Source of the DNA: Ascidiella aspersa
Lineage: Eukaryota
DNA: 64,000 nt
NCBI GenBank assembly: GCA_963924565.1
Contig: OZ004609.1
Location: 32,364,001 to 32,428,000, forward strand
Direction of reading: 5' to 3'
Part shown: one piece after another, positions 61,539 through 64,000 of the stretch
Layout of the letters: each line of letters opens with the position of its first letter
Position numbering within the stretch: the stretch's first letter is position 1
Notes under the pieces: model-generated
Database searches by the model: none
What the model was told of the DNA's origin: nothing
The model's input: the letters and a program-made list of their open reading frames with translations, nothing else
Made by a program: the position numbers and the translations under genes

Positions 61539-62665
61539 CAGGGTTTCCAGATTGGCTTTTTTGACGCCAAATTCTACACATTTGGCCCTTTTTGAACATG
61601 GTTGGCGTCAGAAAATTCAGTTAGCTTTTGGGCTTTTTTTCTAGCTTTTTTGTAAAAGCTTGCTAATTCTAGTTAAATTACATTGAGGTCTACTTTATTG
61701 TTCGACAAAGAAAGGAAAGTGTTACCGATTTCGCAAGTTCAATATTTATTTTTCATGCCAATTACGGAATTTTCAATGTACTCGTAATTACACTGGGACT
61801 TTAAATGTATTTCATTGCTATAAACGACTTGAATAGGACAGATAAAACACACATGTAAACGCAAGTGCGAGGTTGCAAAGAAAAAAGTTAGCTTAGTCAA
61901 AATGTTGTTTAGGCTACTCGTTGTCCAAAACTATGGGCCTTACATGTTTTATTGGCACCTTTCTACTTTTTTGTTCTAAAACATTCGTTTTATAATCTGT
62001 ATGGGCCCTACCTTGAGTGATTTTTAAAATAATAAATCAATACCGCAGGTCTCCACTGTCCAGATCGCAGTGTTTCTTAACCCATGATGGGTCGCCAACC
62101 TGTTGGGTTTGGTTGGTTCGCTTTTTGATTTTTTAAGATTGGCATTGGTTCTAAGCAAGATATTTTACACACTCGGGAAATCGCAAGCAATACAACGAAA
62201 GTGACTAATATTTAAATTTGAATTTTTACGTAAAGTATTGGTCGCTTAAACAGTTCCGTGAAGTGAGTTAAATTAGCTTATTCCCGGTTTATTACTTTTG
62301 GCAGGCAGCTTAAAAAAGTTGAGAAAACACCGCGATTTAGGGTGAGCTCATCAAGCCAAGTATTTTTCAATAGAAAGCTTGACAAAAAAATATTACATTT
62401 TCAGCATAAAGATCGTAGGATAACTGAGCTTTTCGAAAGATAAAAATTTTGATTTTGGTTGGTATGTTGGGAACATGTTATGTTTGTCATGTCGCCATAC
62501 CACACAAGTTTGAACCTTAAAGAATATTTATTATCATACAAATTAACTTATAGTATTATTTATAGCCTTTTGATTGTTTTGAATTTATTTAAATAATGTT
62601 TGGCATTTTCTGGCTTCTTTTCGTTTACGGTTTGGCTTTTTTTCAAAATTTTAATCTGCAACCCT
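61539..62665. mobile_element. ~1.1-kb non-autonomous hAT-like element with a nested MITE (~62068-62332)
   Basis: Ends CAGGGTTTCCAGATT...AATCTGCAACCCTG; approximate TSD CGCTCCT; TTTGGC subterminal repeats; nested CAGTGTTTCTTAACC...GTTGAGAAAACAC. Confidence 0.7.
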
Positions 62666-62699
62666 GCCGCTCCTGCAGACAATGACATGAGAAACTTAT

Positions 62700-63285
62700 C
62701 TGTGAAAGACACATTTCATAATTGCCAGCCCTAACTCGCTTGTATGTTCATTCAATTTACCTTAATTGACTTTCGTACTTTCAGCTATGTCAGGATAAAT
62801 GTTTAAGATTTGCTAAAACTCAGTTAAAATATATCGAATGTAGTTTGGTGTAGATTACGTTTTGTTTCTCTCTTTATTATTTATATTCGAAGTTTCTCTA
62901 AATGGAGCAATTTCTGTTCATAATTTTAATTCGTACGAAAGATCATCTAGCTATATTTGAACAGCAAAAACTTTATTTGCAAACTTTAAGTTTAAGTTCT
63001 GTGAAAGACACATTTCATAATTGCCAGCCCTAACTCGCTTGTATGTTAATTCAATTTACGTTAATTGACTTTCGTACTTTCAGCTATGTCAGGATAAATA
63101 TTTAAGAGTTGTTAAAAGCTTCATACAGAATGTAGTTTGCTGTATATTACGTTTTGTGTCTCTTTAACATTTATTTATGAAGTTTGTCTAAACAGAAGCA
63201 ATTTCTGTTCTTAATTTTAATTCGTACGAAAGATTTTCTGGTTATATTTGAACAGCAAAAACTTTATTTGAAAAATTAAAGTTAC
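62700..63285. repeat. Recent ~299-bp direct tandem duplication
   Basis: CTGTGAAAGACACATTTCATAATTGCCAGCCCTAACTCGCTTGTATGTT... starts at 62700 and 62999, with high similarity throughout. Confidence 0.9.
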
Positions 63286-63684
63286 AATGTTGTGAGTTTC
63301 ATATATAATAACTATGTAAACGGTGGGCATAAAAATGGCAAGTTTCATCATTGGCAAAAACATTTGGTAGAACGAAAATTCGCACACGGCGTGCAGATGT
63401 TTTTGACAAATGTTATTTTCTTTGGGTTAGTGCTGATTGGAGAGCGCAAATAAATAGTTAATATTAACCATATGTTTAAGCACGGCAGTCAACCACATCC
63501 CGAACTATTTATTTGACCCTATTTTTAAATGGGTGAGGTTTATGGCTTCCCTTAAATCAGGCAGACGTCAGTTAGATGACGCTATGCTTGAATGACATTG
63601 TTGTGTAGCAACCAAGCACAGCCGAACGTGACGTTTTAATGTAACAAAGAGGAATAGCATATTTTGTATGGGCTTGTCAAGGAT

Positions 63685-63782
63685 CTATTTTTCTTTCGCC
63701 TCGCTGTCGGATATTTTGTTCAATTCGGAAGAGAATGAAATGAGAAATGTTCTGTGGAACACAAGCTCCATTTTTGCCAGCG
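63685..63782 (-). CDS. Possible terminal coding exon of an unidentified minus-strand gene extending beyond the window
   Basis: Strong acceptor TTTTTTTTGCTTTAG| followed by short open frames (e.g. LAKMELVFHRTFLISFSSELNKISDSEAKEK*). Frame and identity are unresolved. Confidence 0.25.
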
Positions 63783-64000
63783 CTAAAGCAAAAAAAACAT
63801 TAAACAAAGTGTGGTGTCATCGTATAAGCGCTCAGCGATCGGTAACAATATCTCATAACACTCTCATTGTTCTGGCATTTTGTATTAGTGAAGTGGGTTT
63901 GTATTCCAATAAGTGCTAAAGAGTTGGCAAGACTGAAACAAATGATTTTTGCATATTCTTTACAAAAAAAAACGATCACAGAAAATGTATCCATTGGCTT

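Overview
AT-rich, intron-dense eukaryotic DNA. The compact gene packing, chordate-like proteins and abundant MITEs suggest an invertebrate chordate such as an ascidian (inference). I reconstructed eight protein-coding genes by hand from GT-AG splice sites and reading-frame phase. In order: the 5' end of CEP164 (-), head-to-head with an 8-exon G-alpha12/13 gene (+); a synaptophysin-family gene with an intronless CDS (+); a divergent 2-exon DHX35-like DEAH helicase (-), head-to-head with SSR1/TRAP-alpha (+); CCDC113/CFAP263 (-), convergent with SSR1; a highly divergent ADF-H/cofilin-like gene (+); and a ~902-aa NACHT-LRR (NLR) receptor (+). The NLR has no death-fold domain. Instead it carries a tiny exon encoding a candidate amyloid-signalling motif (NDATVIAGGEFHVHIHN). 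The non-coding DNA holds at least four minimal hammerhead-ribozyme motifs of the Penelope-element type (one with an intact core, sense-oriented in a G-alpha intron), a short tRNA-derived SINE family, many hAT-type MITEs with 8-bp TSDs, and GG-ended Merlin-like foldback elements that share a telomere-like core behind different TIRs. Several tandem duplications copy splice donors. Gene models and homologies rest on recognised motifs, not database searches.
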